61,275 bases of DNA from a virus (IMGVR_UViG_3300027769_000034:1-61275); one strand, 5' to 3'. Counted from the stretch's first letter, positions 45,379 to 56,194 are shown. Program-made: numbers and translations. Notes: generated from the sequence alone by a model not told the origin.

Positions 45379-48300
45379 TTAAGCAAAGTGTGACTTAGAC
45401 TCGCTATAGTTAATGTTAACTGCGTACAGTTCGAATTTACCAGTTGTCGGGTTGGAAAACCAAACTACGCAGTGACGGTCTCTAATTGGATTTCCATTGA
45501 TGTCCGTGCTTCCATCTACTCCAAAGGTCTGTCCAATAAACGATGAATTGACCGATGTGTTAAATGCAAGTGTTTTACTATCAAATATGCTAGAGATAGT
45601 AATTCCGGCTCCAGTCCAAGACGAACCGTTGAATGCCTGAACAGTCTTATTTAGCTCGAATGGAATGTCAGAAATTTTAGAAGTAAATGTTGCTAGGTTT
45701 CCACTTACTGAAGCAACCTCTCCGATTACAATAATCGAGTTATTGTATCCTTCTCTGTCTCTAGGAATCTCAGAGTAGTAGACACCCTCTCTGAACTGTT
45801 GGTTGCCGTATCCAATAACTTGGCCTCCGTTATTCAGGATGAAGCTAGTCGAATCAGAAAGGACCGTATGAGCTATAGGATTAGTGTCCTGACTTGTATT
45901 AGTTACATAGAAACCGAATGGCTTATTAGCCTCAATCGACAGAGACTTAAATGTCTTAACCATTGAAGCATTTTCGTTTGCCACAACAGCAAAAGATGGC
46001 GTGCAGTTGTTTCCATACACAACACCAAACGTAGCATCATCTGAGTGCTTGTATAGCGTTCCATTCTTGAACGACATCAGACTGTCACCAAGAGGCAATC
46101 CCCCTTCAGCATAGAAGGAGTGCTTGCTTATCCACGTATTTGAGGTAACGTCAAAAGACATCGTAAGCGATATTCCAGAACCAGACAATGGAAAAGTAGA
46201 GAACATATAGTAATCCTTATCTGGATTATAGTATGACACCACTTTGTGAGCTGTTGCGCTGAGGTCGATATCATTAAAGTTTTTAGCGATAAAGGAGCCG
46301 ACGCCATAGTCACTTATCGGCGTGATTCCATCGCCTCCAATCCTGAGTACTTTTCCGGATACTACGTCGCAGAAGTACAGCCGACCGTCTCTCTCAATAG
46401 CTGACTCAGGATTATCGTTTACGCCGTATTCTCCAGCGTAGAAGTTCTGTATACCAAGTACGTTATTGCTGACAGTAAGGCTTGCCCCTCCGTCAGCGTA
46501 CTCAACCATATTTCTACCCACGGGAATGATTGAAGCTTTCCGCTCTTGAAGGACGAATAATGAGTCGTCATTAGAGTGAATGTACTTAATCGCTCCGTAC
46601 TTGTTGGCGTAGTCATTAAAGTTGGCTAGCGAAGTGTTGAACGAAGACAACGTGAGAACAGACGAGTCAATTGCATATGGCTCGGAGTAAGTAATGCTAG
46701 CCTTTCTGTAAACCTCGATAGCTGTGGGGGATGCTGCGTTTGGTCGACCAACTACAGAAACATTTGATACTTTAAAGTCACTAACGGAATTGTCCTCTAT
46801 GAACATTTCAGAAGTTGAGGTTGTAACATTTCCACTGCCTGGATATCCAATAGCTACAACCATTTTTCTTGGCCTGTAGTATGCATCTCCATTTGACGTT
46901 TCTATAATTGCAAAAGAAAGTCCAGAAATATTAGCTAGTGAGTAGTTATCGTTTGAAGGGATTGAGTTGCTCAATTGACCTACGATGTTTGCATTCGCTA
47001 CAGAGAATTTTTTCTGGGCCCCATATGTCTTTACGGCACCAACTCTTACTTCAAATATTTCAGGAGAACCTAGGACAGTATGACTAATAGTTATAGTATC
47101 ACCACTTCTTATGTCCAAAGAAGTAGTAGCTACACCTTCTAAAATAGTTATGTTTGATGGGCCTGAAGTCCACGTGTACGAAAAGTCTCTTTCGCCTTTG
47201 TGTTTATAAGCCCCAGAGTCATATACTACATCATAGACTTCAGATATTTCTCTGTATATAGAAACATCAGCCTGCTTTACCGGCCTATAGATTTCTACAA
47301 TCGCTTTATTATTCCATCCATCTGAACTAGACTCAATAGAGGCTTTAGAGAACGCAACAGCTTGCGCGTTGTCTCTCAACTTTAAAAACCACCCGGTTTT
47401 TCTATCGGCGCTTACAGAAGCAGATATAGGCGTATTGTTTCCGTCGAAAAACTCATAAGCCAAAATATCAAATTCGTAACTCACGTACTCTATCGAGCCA
47501 GCATTTTCGTATCTGATTAAGCGCAACTTATCTCCTTCTACAAAAGAATACTCGAGCTTCGCGCCTTTAGAGTCTTTGTATGAGTATGGCTTGCCCTCAA
47601 GAACACCTGTAGAGACATAAATAAATGGGTCTGTAGTATTACTGAATGCTTCAGTAACGCTATGCTGCAAGCTAAAGCTGTACGAAGAAAATGGAGCATA
47701 TACCAACTGCCATTTCTTAGCCCACGATGGCGGATTATGCAACAGCTTAAATTGGATAGCTGCAGCTCCTCTTACGTCGTATTCTCTATCTGACAGGAAT
47801 GTAATCTCCTTATCACCTATTTCATTTACTGCTCCACTACGATTGAACAGGTCGTAATAAACTATTCCAAACTTGTGATGCTGGCCAGACTTGAAAGTTC
47901 TTATGGATGGGTTATAGTACTGTCTAGAGTTGTAATTGTTGAAGGCTCTAAATCCAATCCAGTCAGTGATGTATGACGTGCTTAGCAATGTTGGATTTAG
48001 CGTAAAAGAAATAAACGAAGAAGGCGGGATAGGCTCACCGGTAGTTCCGCTTATGCCTGAAGCAGTTTCCAGCGTCAGAGATACAATCTTAACGATAAAT
48101 GAAACCTGAGTACTTCCATAGTTCACAGCATCAAGTGATACATTTATTACGGCGGTACCTTTGAAGCTGTGATTGTCCCCAGATACAATTAGGTCAGCGT
48201 TTGCCTCTCCAACTACTACTTCATAATTTCCAATTACGTTGTTAATAAAGTAGCTGTAAATGTCAGGGCTTGGAGATGTCAAGCTAGTGTAAGCTGGGAT

Positions 48301-49641
48301 ATTAAATCTTTTAATTATGTTAAACTCGATACTATCAAAGATTAACTCGTAAGTAGACTCATTTGGAGTCAATACAATCTGTGGTTGCGAACCAAATGAA
48401 ATAGTAGGCGTTCCAGATATTTTGAAATCAAGAAGAACCTCACTTGAATCCGGCATTGCATTTAACGTATCCCCTACTACAATATTGAACTTTGACGTTA
48501 TTGCAGGTATTACTGGATTATACGAGACAGACTGACCTGTAGTTGGAGTAACCGAAATAGGAACATTTACTCCCTCAGCCTTTGGTATCTCAGTCATAGA
48601 TACGGAAGCAGCGACGTTGTCAAAGAACTCGGTGTATCCTGCGTATAGAAGTCTGTTGCTGCTTATAGCTTGGGCGTTAGCCTTACGAGGAACGCTATCG
48701 TACATTTTGTTCTGCTCGCTCTCAGCAATGTAAGCACGAAGCTTGGAGTTCGTGAAGGCGAGAGTAGTGGTGCTAGCGGAGCGGACGTTATTCAATTCTC
48801 CAATCTGGAAGAATCCAAGTCCTGAAGACGACCTAGCCAGTACTTTAATCTTTGATACGTCAGCAAGACTGTACCTTACAGTCACGTTAATCGTATTGTA
48901 GTAAGATTTAGCCTCGTATCCTACAAAGTCTTCCAAGACGTGATACGTATTTAAAGAAAGCTCGCTGTATGGTGAGATGGCAGAGACTTCTCCATCCTCA
49001 TATACATATTGGTAAGCAAACTGAAAATACTCGTCATATACGAATCCATCTTCGTCTCCTACCCTAGCAAACGTAGCAGAAGGAGGAGTGAGTGGAGCCT
49101 GTCGCTGAGAAGTTATACTCAACAGCTTTTCGTCTGACGTGTAGCTGTATGCTCCTGCTGTCTTGTACGGGTATCCAGATACTCCGGTAGCCTTGGTGAT
49201 GTTAATCTTCTTTGGCTCATTATTGCCATCAGTAAAGTATGCGATAGTGTCGCCATTCTGCTTTACCAAGAAGTCAAACTTAACGAACGTAGTCTGCGTA
49301 AAGGCAAGAATAGAATCTCGGTACACTAGTTTGCATACGCCGGTAGAAGTAGAGTATACATATATACTATGGTCCCCATTTGAGTTCCATACAGCGTATA
49401 CAATCTCATTCTTTTCTGTGTTTAACCCAGAGCCAATAACTGTGTTTGTACCAGCTGGAAGAGCAGAACCTGCAGCGAAAGAAATAGGAGTTGTGCCCTG
49501 AATAGCCTTTAATACGTTTGCGTTACCATTCTCATCGGCGGCAACTTCAATATTAAAAGCATCAACCATTTCTGTTGGCTTGACTACAAGGTAGTCATCA
49601 TCCAGATTTAAGCTTCTAGGCGCTAACTTCTGTACTGGCAT
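45379..49641 (-). CDS. Tail tube/nozzle ('stabilisation') protein
   Basis: LNLDDD, FTDG.NEPKKIN, FAYQY.Y.DGE.S..SPYS, NRL.YAGY motifs typical of Bacteroidota podovirus tail proteins. Confidence 0.75.
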   Translation of the reverse strand: MPVQKLAPRSLNLDDDYLVVKPTEMVDAFNIEVAADENGNANVLKAIQGTTPISFAAGSALPAGTNTVIGSGLNTEKNEIVYAVWNSNGDHSIYVYSTSTGVCKLVYRDSILAFTQTTFVKFDFLVKQNGDTIAYFTDGNNEPKKINITKATGVSGYPYKTAGAYSYTSDEKLLSITSQRQAPLTPPSATFARVGDEDGFVYDEYFQFAYQYVYEDGEVSAISPYSELSLNTYHVLEDFVGYEAKSYYNTINVTVRYSLADVSKIKVLARSSSGLGFFQIGELNNVRSASTTTLAFTNSKLRAYIAESEQNKMYDSVPRKANAQAISSNRLLYAGYTEFFDNVAASVSMTEIPKAEGVNVPISVTPTTGQSVSYNPVIPAITSKFNIVVGDTLNAMPDSSEVLLDFKISGTPTISFGSQPQIVLTPNESTYELIFDSIEFNIIKRFNIPAYTSLTSPSPDIYSYFINNVIGNYEVVVGEANADLIVSGDNHSFKGTAVINVSLDAVNYGSTQVSFIVKIVSLTLETASGISGTTGEPIPPSSFISFTLNPTLLSTSYITDWIGFRAFNNYNSRQYYNPSIRTFKSGQHHKFGIVYYDLFNRSGAVNEIGDKEITFLSDREYDVRGAAAIQFKLLHNPPSWAKKWQLVYAPFSSYSFSLQHSVTEAFSNTTDPFIYVSTGVLEGKPYSYKDSKGAKLEYSFVEGDKLRLIRYENAGSIEYVSYEFDILAYEFFDGNNTPISASVSADRKTGWFLKLRDNAQAVAFSKASIESSSDGWNNKAIVEIYRPVKQADVSIYREISEVYDVVYDSGAYKHKGERDFSYTWTSGPSNITILEGVATTSLDIRSGDTITISHTVLGSPEIFEVRVGAVKTYGAQKKFSVANANIVGQLSNSIPSNDNYSLANISGLSFAIIETSNGDAYYRPRKMVVAIGYPGSGNVTTSTSEMFIEDNSVSDFKVSNVSVVGRPNAASPTAIEVYRKASITYSEPYAIDSSVLTLSSFNTSLANFNDYANKYGAIKYIHSNDDSLFVLQERKASIIPVGRNMVEYADGGASLTVSNNVLGIQNFYAGEYGVNDNPESAIERDGRLYFCDVVSGKVLRIGGDGITPISDYGVGSFIAKNFNDIDLSATAHKVVSYYNPDKDYYMFSTFPLSGSGISLTMSFDVTSNTWISKHSFYAEGGLPLGDSLMSFKNGTLYKHSDDATFGVVYGNNCTPSFAVVANENASMVKTFKSLSIEANKPFGFYVTNTSQDTNPIAHTVLSDSTSFILNNGGQVIGYGNQQFREGVYYSEIPRDREGYNNSIIVIGEVASVSGNLATFTSKISDIPFELNKTVQAFNGSSWTGAGITISSIFDSKTLAFNTSVNSSFIGQTFGVDGSTDINGNPIRDRHCVVWFSNPTTGKFELYAVNINYSESKSHFA

Positions 49642-49647
49642 AACTTA

Positions 49648-50451
49648 TTAGTACTTAGGAGATTGCTTGAAATTCTTTCTAATAGTCTTAAGTGCCTCTT
49701 CTTTGCTGAAGCTCTTGAGTCTGGAATTAGCAAGTCTCCTTTCGTTATAGTATTCTTGACGAGCACGCATCTTCTCGTTCATATTGACGTTTGACTTACG
49801 CTCAATAATCTTGTAGTAGATGTAAGAGTTTAGAGCTGGCTCTAAGTAGATATGTACACTCGGGTTTGAAGACCTAGCCTCGTCAGCGATGTATTCGATT
49901 ACAACCTCTCCGTAGGTTCCAGATGGGTATAGTTCGATTCTGTTCTGGTCAAGGTTCATTCTGTACTCTCCACTGTAATGTCCGCCACCTAAGCCATATA
50001 GTGCTCCAAACGTGTTTTCGTACAGGTAGTTACGGAACAAGAAGCTTTCCTGACCGCTAAGGATAGAACCAATAGGCGATACGTCACCCTTATCGTCCTC
50101 TCTGTCATACACTCCGTCACCGTCTGAGTCAATCATTCCGTCGACGTATGATTGTGAATAGTTTACGTTCTTATTTTCTCCAAACACATACACCAGGCCA
50201 TCCTGACCTACGTATCCAATTTTGACGATGTCAACGAAGTCATCTGGTAAGTCTACAGTGTTCAGCGCCGTGTTAACAGGAAGCTTAAGAGAGCGTACAC
50301 GCTTCATCATATCGAATCCCATTTCTCGGATTCCACGAAGAGCAAGAGCCCTGATTACGCTGTCGCTAGTGCCAGCACAGTAGTTGTCTCCTTCGTTTAA
50401 TACTTTAAAGTTGGAGATAACCTGAGATAGAGTTACTGTATTCCTTGACAT
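49648..50451 (-). CDS. Tail ring/adaptor structural protein
   Basis: LPDDFV motif; between capsid and nozzle genes. Confidence 0.6.
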   Translation of the reverse strand: MSRNTVTLSQVISNFKVLNEGDNYCAGTSDSVIRALALRGIREMGFDMMKRVRSLKLPVNTALNTVDLPDDFVDIVKIGYVGQDGLVYVFGENKNVNYSQSYVDGMIDSDGDGVYDREDDKGDVSPIGSILSGQESFLFRNYLYENTFGALYGLGGGHYSGEYRMNLDQNRIELYPSGTYGEVVIEYIADEARSSNPSVHIYLEPALNSYIYYKIIERKSNVNMNEKMRARQEYYNERRLANSRLKSFSKEEALKTIRKNFKQSPKY

Positions 50452-51179
50452 TACTTATTATCTTCTTGGATGGCGTAATTGTAAACGTCTGCACTGCTAA
50501 GGCTAACGCCAATCATTTTTGCAATCTCAGTGATGAGCTCCGGGACATAGTGGTCCGGCAATTCAAAATCAACGCTGTTGGCTGCTGAGTATACTTCTTT
50601 TGTGTTGGCCACAGTGTAACCAAATCTAGGCACACCAGCAGTCTTTGCTCCAGTGGTTGCGAGCAGACCTTGAGGCTTCTTGTAGTAATAAACCACAATG
50701 CTAGATACCGTTGCCGGGTAGATGGTGATTCCGTTGTCCAGAACAGCAAGAGGGTTGCAGTCTGTTGGGGCTAACATATCATTAGTCAGAATCTCATCTA
50801 ATTTAAATACCTCGTACAGCACATCAATAGGCTTAGAGGTCGACTCATTCAAGAAGTAAGCTCCAGAGGTGCGTACGCTAATCAGACGCATAAAGTCATC
50901 TGGAATGATAAAAGCACCGTTTGTCTTAGTGAGCTTAGATGATTTCTGAAGCACAGACAGGTCCTCTCTGATTCTCTTGTGCAGAGAGACGTCAACAGTC
51001 TGGTGAGGTACTCTATTTCCTACAGCGTTAAGTGTGTCAAACTTTGCGAAAAGGTCATTGACAATCTTCTGCTGAGCCACGGGCGCAAATGTGTTAAAGG
51101 CTTGTGGTGTTACAAACCCCTGCTCATCCTTATTTGCTAAGTTTTTGAGTGTTGTATATACTTGGTAAACACTAGCCAT
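50451..51179 (-). CDS. Head-tail adaptor structural protein
   Basis: NK.E.G..TP..FN, P.DF, YYKKP, FELP motifs. Confidence 0.6.
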   Translation of the reverse strand: MASVYQVYTTLKNLANKDEQGFVTPQAFNTFAPVAQQKIVNDLFAKFDTLNAVGNRVPHQTVDVSLHKRIREDLSVLQKSSKLTKTNGAFIIPDDFMRLISVRTSGAYFLNESTSKPIDVLYEVFKLDEILTNDMLAPTDCNPLAVLDNGITIYPATVSSIVVYYYKKPQGLLATTGAKTAGVPRFGYTVANTKEVYSAANSVDFELPDHYVPELITEIAKMIGVSLSSADVYNYAIQEDNK

Positions 51180-51205
51180 TTAGTCACAATTTAATGCAAA
51201 TCTAC

Positions 51206-51236
51206 GAAAAAGAAAGAGGTCGCAATTTGCGACCCC
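51206..51236 (-). terminator. Intrinsic terminator
   Basis: GGTCGCAA-A-TTGCGACC plus T-rich tail on minus strand, followed by a TAGATTTG promoter box. Confidence 0.8.
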
Positions 51237-51261
51237 AGTCTCGTATTGTATGTGTGAAGTC

Positions 51262-52089
51262 TTACAGTCTTGCCAGTCGGCTCGTAACTTCAGCATACAC
51301 AAGAGCTCCTTTATCTGTTAGGCAGTATCTAGCCATAACGTCAAGAGTGCTCTGTCCGGCAGGCGTAGTGATGATTACTTGGTTGTTGTCGTACCAACGC
51401 ATAGCATCAGAGCTAATCTTCAGGATTTGGAAGTCTACAGCTTGAATAATCATAGCCTTAACTTTCACCACTGGATTGTCAAACATCTCGATGAATGACT
51501 TAGGATTGGCCTTAGCGTGATTAAGAAGCTCTCTGCGAATCTCTACGCTTTTCTTCTTAGAATCGATTCCCAAGAACATAGCAACAGGAAGCAGCAAGTC
51601 TAGGTCGCTTTCACGAACCATAGCTACAGCATCGTGTACAAGGAATTCGTTTTCAAGCTCTTCCTCTGCATTCTTTTCAGTATTGATTTCGTAGAACACA
51701 TATCCGCCATTGGCTTGGTTGTCCGGGTGTGCATCTAGGAATGCTTGCAGGTTAGGTTGGTCTGCGTCTACCATCAGAGTTCCTTCTCTGAAAACAACCT
51801 GCTCTACGATAGCAAATTGAGATTGCTCATCTACGTAGATTGAAGGCTCATTAGGGCAGTATCTAATCTGTCTGATGGGGTTCTTTGTGGTTACAGTGCC
51901 ACGGAGTTTACACCAGATACCTCCTCCATTAAGGATAGAGTAAACCTTAGTCTTACCTTCTGAAGAGACAGCTTTTGTCTTCAGGCTGGTCATTGAGACT
52001 TGAGATTCTGATGTGGGGATTTCTGTTTCAGCGTGAACAGAGGGGCCGAATGAATCGGTACGGGGTTTTCTTGCAGTTGACATATTCAA
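51262..52089 (-). CDS. Conserved protein downstream of capsid
   Basis: IRYCPNEPSIYVDEQ...FLDAHP.N motif. Confidence 0.75.
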   Translation of the reverse strand: MNMSTARKPRTDSFGPSVHAETEIPTSESQVSMTSLKTKAVSSEGKTKVYSILNGGGIWCKLRGTVTTKNPIRQIRYCPNEPSIYVDEQSQFAIVEQVVFREGTLMVDADQPNLQAFLDAHPDNQANGGYVFYEINTEKNAEEELENEFLVHDAVAMVRESDLDLLLPVAMFLGIDSKKKSVEIRRELLNHAKANPKSFIEMFDNPVVKVKAMIIQAVDFQILKISSDAMRWYDNNQVIITTPAGQSTLDVMARYCLTDKGALVYAEVTSRLARL

Positions 52090-52161
52090 TGGAATTAAAA
52101 CTTTTAGGTGGGAGTCAGAGGGGGCCGAAGCCCCCTCCTACCCGATGCCTAGTTAGGCTGT

Positions 52162-53532
52162 TTACTTCTTAATCAACACGTGGCGGTTAGCAGCACGGGT
52201 GATAAGAGCGATTTCAGAACGGTAGTTGAACTGAACCAAGTCGCTCGTAGCGTTAGTAGCTCCGAGGATAGAACCGGTCAACCAGTGCTCCATTTCGCGG
52301 CTGTAGCCGTTGCTAGCCTTGTAGTTGATTTCCAGTGACGGGTTGCGGTCGCCAGTCTTGGCGTCAACAACGGTAGACAAAGGAATCATCACACCAGCGA
52401 ACGGAGACAGAGCAGCAGCACCATTCTCGATACCGAGCATAGTCGGGTCGTTCAGGAGCTTCCAGTTGTGCTTGTGGAACGTGTAACCTCCACGGCTGAG
52501 TGACTTAAAGCCAAGGGCGATAGCCATATCAGCACTGTTGTTGAAGGCACCGAACTGAGTAGCAACACCTGAGGTCAAAGAAGAACCAAGACCAGCTGCA
52601 ATCAAGTCGTCGAAGTTGAAGTCTTGCTCACGGTCAACGTATACAGCGTATTCGGGACCTGCACCTTGACGGTCAAGTTCCTTAACGATAGCGTCGAGGT
52701 CAGCCAAGGCAGCAATGCGAGAGCTAGCTACAAGACCACGGTTCTCGATGGCTTCGAAATAACCTTCAGAACCAGAGATGCCAGGAATAGCAGCTGTAGC
52801 GGTAACTTTCTGACCCAACAGCATCATAAGCTCACGCTTGTCCATAAAGCGCTGACGGGTATCCATCTCGCCCTTCATAAACCAACGGTAGTCGCCAGGA
52901 GCAACTTCAACCCATCCGATATTGGTAGCTTGTGAACCAGTCACTTTGTAAGCTTCCTTGATAATCATATAGGGGTTGGTACGCTTCAACACGTTGCTCT
53001 CGAGGTATTCCGTAGGCTGCTCAGTTCCTTGAGCGTACAGGTTACCAACGATAGGCAAAGTGAGGTTAGCAGCAGCTGAAGGCAAAGAAGCATTCTTAAG
53101 GTTGTAAACCTCCATAGCGGGGGTAGCGCCCGTAGCCGTGATAGCAGAAACGAATACGCGGTTTCCACCAGGAAGCATAAGAATGTCGTTCAGGCGAACG
53201 CTTACAGAAGCGCTAGAAGCAAGGGCGATGGTTTGAGCAGCACCAGCAGCAGCAGAAGCGGCAGTAGCACCGGTCTTCTGGGTAGCGTGCAGGCGAGCCT
53301 CTTCCCACCATTGAACCTCGTCAGCAACACCTTGTGCTTTAACAGCACCGGTCAATTGCAGGAAGCCAGTGATAGATTGAGCACCGAAAGATTTAACCAG
53401 CTTGTCGCGGTTATCGGGCTTGTTGATTTCGTCGATGTAGTCGCCGAGCGAAATGTATTTGTCAGGGGTGGCTTTGCGGTAAGCATCCACAGCGGGAGTT
53501 CCGTAAAAACCGGTACCAGTTGTAACAGACAT
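52162..53532 (-). CDS. Major capsid protein
   Basis: 456 aa after scaffold; WWEEARLH, LGFKS..RGGYTFHK; followed by a UUCG hairpin (52118-52137). Confidence 0.85.
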   Translation of the reverse strand: MSVTTGTGFYGTPAVDAYRKATPDKYISLGDYIDEINKPDNRDKLVKSFGAQSITGFLQLTGAVKAQGVADEVQWWEEARLHATQKTGATAASAAAGAAQTIALASSASVSVRLNDILMLPGGNRVFVSAITATGATPAMEVYNLKNASLPSAAANLTLPIVGNLYAQGTEQPTEYLESNVLKRTNPYMIIKEAYKVTGSQATNIGWVEVAPGDYRWFMKGEMDTRQRFMDKRELMMLLGQKVTATAAIPGISGSEGYFEAIENRGLVASSRIAALADLDAIVKELDRQGAGPEYAVYVDREQDFNFDDLIAAGLGSSLTSGVATQFGAFNNSADMAIALGFKSLSRGGYTFHKHNWKLLNDPTMLGIENGAAALSPFAGVMIPLSTVVDAKTGDRNPSLEINYKASNGYSREMEHWLTGSILGATNATSDLVQFNYRSEIALITRAANRHVLIKK

Positions 53533-53565
53533 TGTTTTTTGGTATTAGGGGGGTGATTGATTTTT

Positions 53566-54657
53566 TTATCTAACCCTCATCATATCGTCATTGTTGAAAT
53601 ACTTCAACAGCTGGTCACGAAGTGATGGAGAGTTTTGCACGTTTCCAACAGAAGGGGTTGATGCTTGGATATTAGCCGTGTTTTCGACAACTTTTCTCTG
53701 TCCATCAGAAATACCTTGCTGGTATGCTGACTTAACGATAGAGTCAATGTTGTCTACAACTGCACGGTGCAATGACAAGCGCTCAAAGTCCCAAGAGCCG
53801 TCTTGACGTACGTACTCGTCAAAGTATCGTTCAAGATTTGCGTTCTTCTCTTTGAGGGTTGGTTTATATTTCTCATCAATACCAAACGTGAAAATCTTCC
53901 CGGTGCCAAGGTCAAAGTCAATGCCCTCAAGAGAATCAACCTCAGAAGACATCGAGGCAATCCAATTTTGGTCGAACAGTGGTTCACTGTCCTGACTTTG
54001 CAAGTTAGGCATCCTGAAGGACTCTCTAATCTTGTCCAACTCTGCACGAGCTGTTTTTGCGTCCATCTTGAGCTGTAGCTTCGAGTATTTCACTTCATCT
54101 TCATCAAACGAATCTTCATCAAGCTTATACTTTCTGGAGATAAGGATGTCGATATCTTCACTGCTCAGGTCCGGGTTATCAGTCATTAACTGAGTTTTAA
54201 CAACCGACAAATCATCCATTTCAGATGGGTTGAACGATTGGTACTTAAACCAGTCTTCTGGACTTCTTCCAGTTTGAGCAACGAAATCAGCGATTACTTT
54301 GACTCGCTCATCGATAGTTGCTGCCGCGTCGCTTTTGCCGATGTAATTAGACAATTCGTCCAAGGTGCTTAGCGACAACCCTAGCCTTTCACTAAGGTGC
54401 GAAGCTAGCATAGCCTCAAACTCCTCGTCACTCACGTCGTCATTGTCGGCGGCGGGTGCGGGCTCAGACACAGCTTGTGACTGCGCTGAGTTATCAAAAG
54501 AACCTCCAGCATCTGCGGGAGCTGGCTCCGTTGTTTGTTGAGTCAGAACAGGCTCTTGAGTCTGTTGTGGCTCTGTTGCATCTTGGGGCGGCGCGTCATA
54601 AAACTTGACGCCCATATCCTTTAATGCGTTCTCGATGTTGTTTTCGAATTCACTCAT
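53566..54657 (-). CDS. Scaffolding protein (probable)
   Basis: Acidic, low-complexity N-terminus; directly upstream of capsid; TAACTTTG box at 54679-54686. Confidence 0.65.
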   Translation of the reverse strand: MSEFENNIENALKDMGVKFYDAPPQDATEPQQTQEPVLTQQTTEPAPADAGGSFDNSAQSQAVSEPAPAADNDDVSDEEFEAMLASHLSERLGLSLSTLDELSNYIGKSDAAATIDERVKVIADFVAQTGRSPEDWFKYQSFNPSEMDDLSVVKTQLMTDNPDLSSEDIDILISRKYKLDEDSFDEDEVKYSKLQLKMDAKTARAELDKIRESFRMPNLQSQDSEPLFDQNWIASMSSEVDSLEGIDFDLGTGKIFTFGIDEKYKPTLKEKNANLERYFDEYVRQDGSWDFERLSLHRAVVDNIDSIVKSAYQQGISDGQRKVVENTANIQASTPSVGNVQNSPSLRDQLLKYFNNDDMMRVR

Positions 54658-54720
54658 AATAAATTGATTTTAGTAATGCAAAGTTATACGTATCAACAAT
54701 ACGTAAATTTTAGTGTGTAA

Positions 54721-55008
54721 TTACCACTTAACGCGGTCTGCCTAATAGGCAGCGCTCATCTTTCCTTTAGCAATATTCTTTGCGTGGCGAGCCTTGAAAC
54801 TAGCTCTTTTCTTGGCTCTAGCACCAGTAGGATTACTTTCTGTAACAGTGTCAGCTCCTTGCTCTCCGAAGCGGATAAGCTTTACTTTGTCTCCGTCTTT
54901 AGCTAATACGATATGAGACTTCTTTGGGTGAGACGGAGTACCCTTAGGCTTATTGACGCCGGATAATCCATACTTCTTGAGCATATTTTTAATTCTGTTG
55001 TCCATCAC
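54721..55008 (-). CDS. Basic conserved phage protein with in-frame TAG near its C-terminus
   Basis: ...SFKARHAKNIAKGKMSAAY*ADRVKW*; first stop at 54742-54744. Confidence 0.7.
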
Positions 55009-55373
55009 TTAAAACTCATATAAAACAGAGCGGTCGAGAACAAGATGAAGTACGACGACATAAGTACGTCGGTCTGCGTCATTTTCTTGAAGGATGGCTT
55101 TGTAAGCAGCTGGCGATTGATATCAGCGATTACAGAGTCTTGCTTAGCTATTGCTTTTTTTGATTCGTTGTGTTGAAAGTACTTAAGCTTATATGCTTCG
55201 TCGTATGCTTTGATTGTAGAGTCCATAATCAAGAAGCGCTTGTTCATAGCGACAGCTTGACCTTTGGTCATCACAACTACCGTGTCGTTATTTTCTACTC
55301 GCTGTATCGGATACACCGATTGCGAGTACATCGAAAGGCTGCACAGGAGCAGACTTGATAGTAGTAATCTCAT
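55005..55373 (-). CDS. Signal-peptide/membrane protein (spanin-like pair member)
   Basis: N-terminal signal, C-terminal TM; overlaps upstream gene. Confidence 0.55.
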   Translation of the reverse strand: MRLLLSSLLLCSLSMYSQSVYPIQRVENNDTVVVMTKGQAVAMNKRFLIMDSTIKAYDEAYKLKYFQHNESKKAIAKQDSVIADINRQLLTKPSFKKMTQTDVLMSSYFILFSTALFYMSFK

Positions 55374-55629
55374 TTTGCATCACTGTTACTTGTTCAACAA
55401 GCTGTTCCTTTTCCTCTTCCAGCACCTCAATAGTTTGCTTCATCTCGGTAATCTTGCCAGCTACAACCTTATCGGCTTTTGCTGATACCGCACTTGCTTT
55501 ACGCATTGTTTGGTTAGACTTCTCGATAATTAGGTCTACCGGGTCAACAGATTTAGTTGATTCGCTTTTTTTAGCGATTAGTGTACCAACAGCAATACCT
55601 GTAGCTAGGAGGAGGATAGTGCGTGTCAT
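55288..55629 (-). CDS. N-anchored coiled-coil protein (i-spanin-like)
   Basis: N-terminal hydrophobic anchor plus coiled coil. Confidence 0.5.
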   Translation of the reverse strand: MTRTILLLATGIAVGTLIAKKSESTKSVDPVDLIIEKSNQTMRKASAVSAKADKVVAGKITEMKQTIEVLEEEKEQLVEQVTVMQNEITTIKSAPVQPFDVLAIGVSDTASRK

Positions 55630-55877
55630 TTCGTCTGAAGGAGCATTTCGTTTTTTGCGCTAGTATAGGCCAGGGCAGAATCGAGTCTACGAATATGTTC
55701 GGTGTATTTGTCCACCTTTACTTCGAGTTCTGACACTCTGGTTTGACAACGATTGTCTACTTTGCTATTCATCATTTTCTGGTCTACATAAAGATAACCT
55801 ATTGCGACGAGACCTATAAATGCGATGGCGGCAACTGGATTCTTCTGAAACTGGTCAAAAGAGACGGGCATTTTCAT
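55626..55877 (-). CDS. Single-TM coiled-coil protein (lysis-associated candidate)
   Basis: KNPVAAIAFIGLVAIGYLYVD. Confidence 0.55.
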   Translation of the reverse strand: MKMPVSFDQFQKNPVAAIAFIGLVAIGYLYVDQKMMNSKVDNRCQTRVSELEVKVDKYTEHIRRLDSALAYTSAKNEMLLQTK

Positions 55878-56128
55878 TTCTTAGCAAACTTCTCTAGTCC
55901 AGCAATTCCGAATGAGCCAAGCGTGATAATCACGAATGAGTTGTAGGTAAACTCGTTGATGACAAGGTCCTTGCCCATAAAGCCAGACACAACGTCTGCA
56001 ACCATTACCATAACCATTACAGCGAACGACATAAAGCCAATGATTGTCTTCTCATTCCAGGTATTGTCATCTTTGAAGATGGAGGCGAAGCCCATAATCT
56101 TATTCTTTACGTAGGTGAAAATATTCAT
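55874..56128 (-). CDS. Holin candidate (two TM)
   Basis: Two hydrophobic helices, basic C-terminus. Confidence 0.5.
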   Translation of the reverse strand: MNIFTYVKNKIMGFASIFKDDNTWNEKTIIGFMSFAVMVMVMVADVVSGFMGKDLVINEFTYNSFVIITLGSFGIAGLEKFAKK

Positions 56129-56168
56129 TGCTAAACTAAATGGGTTTCAACTACTGCAAATTTATGGC

Positions 56169-56194
56169 AAAAAGAAAAGCCCCTTGCGGGGCTT
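56169..56194 (-). terminator. Intrinsic terminator
   Basis: AAGCCCC-GCAA-GGGGCTT plus T-tract on minus strand. Confidence 0.85.

Noticed and set aside
54742-54744. Genome-wide TAG reassignment
   Set aside because: TAG ends genes at natural positions (e.g. nrdA after CVSCDG), long genes are uninterrupted in the standard code, and there is no suppressor tRNA.
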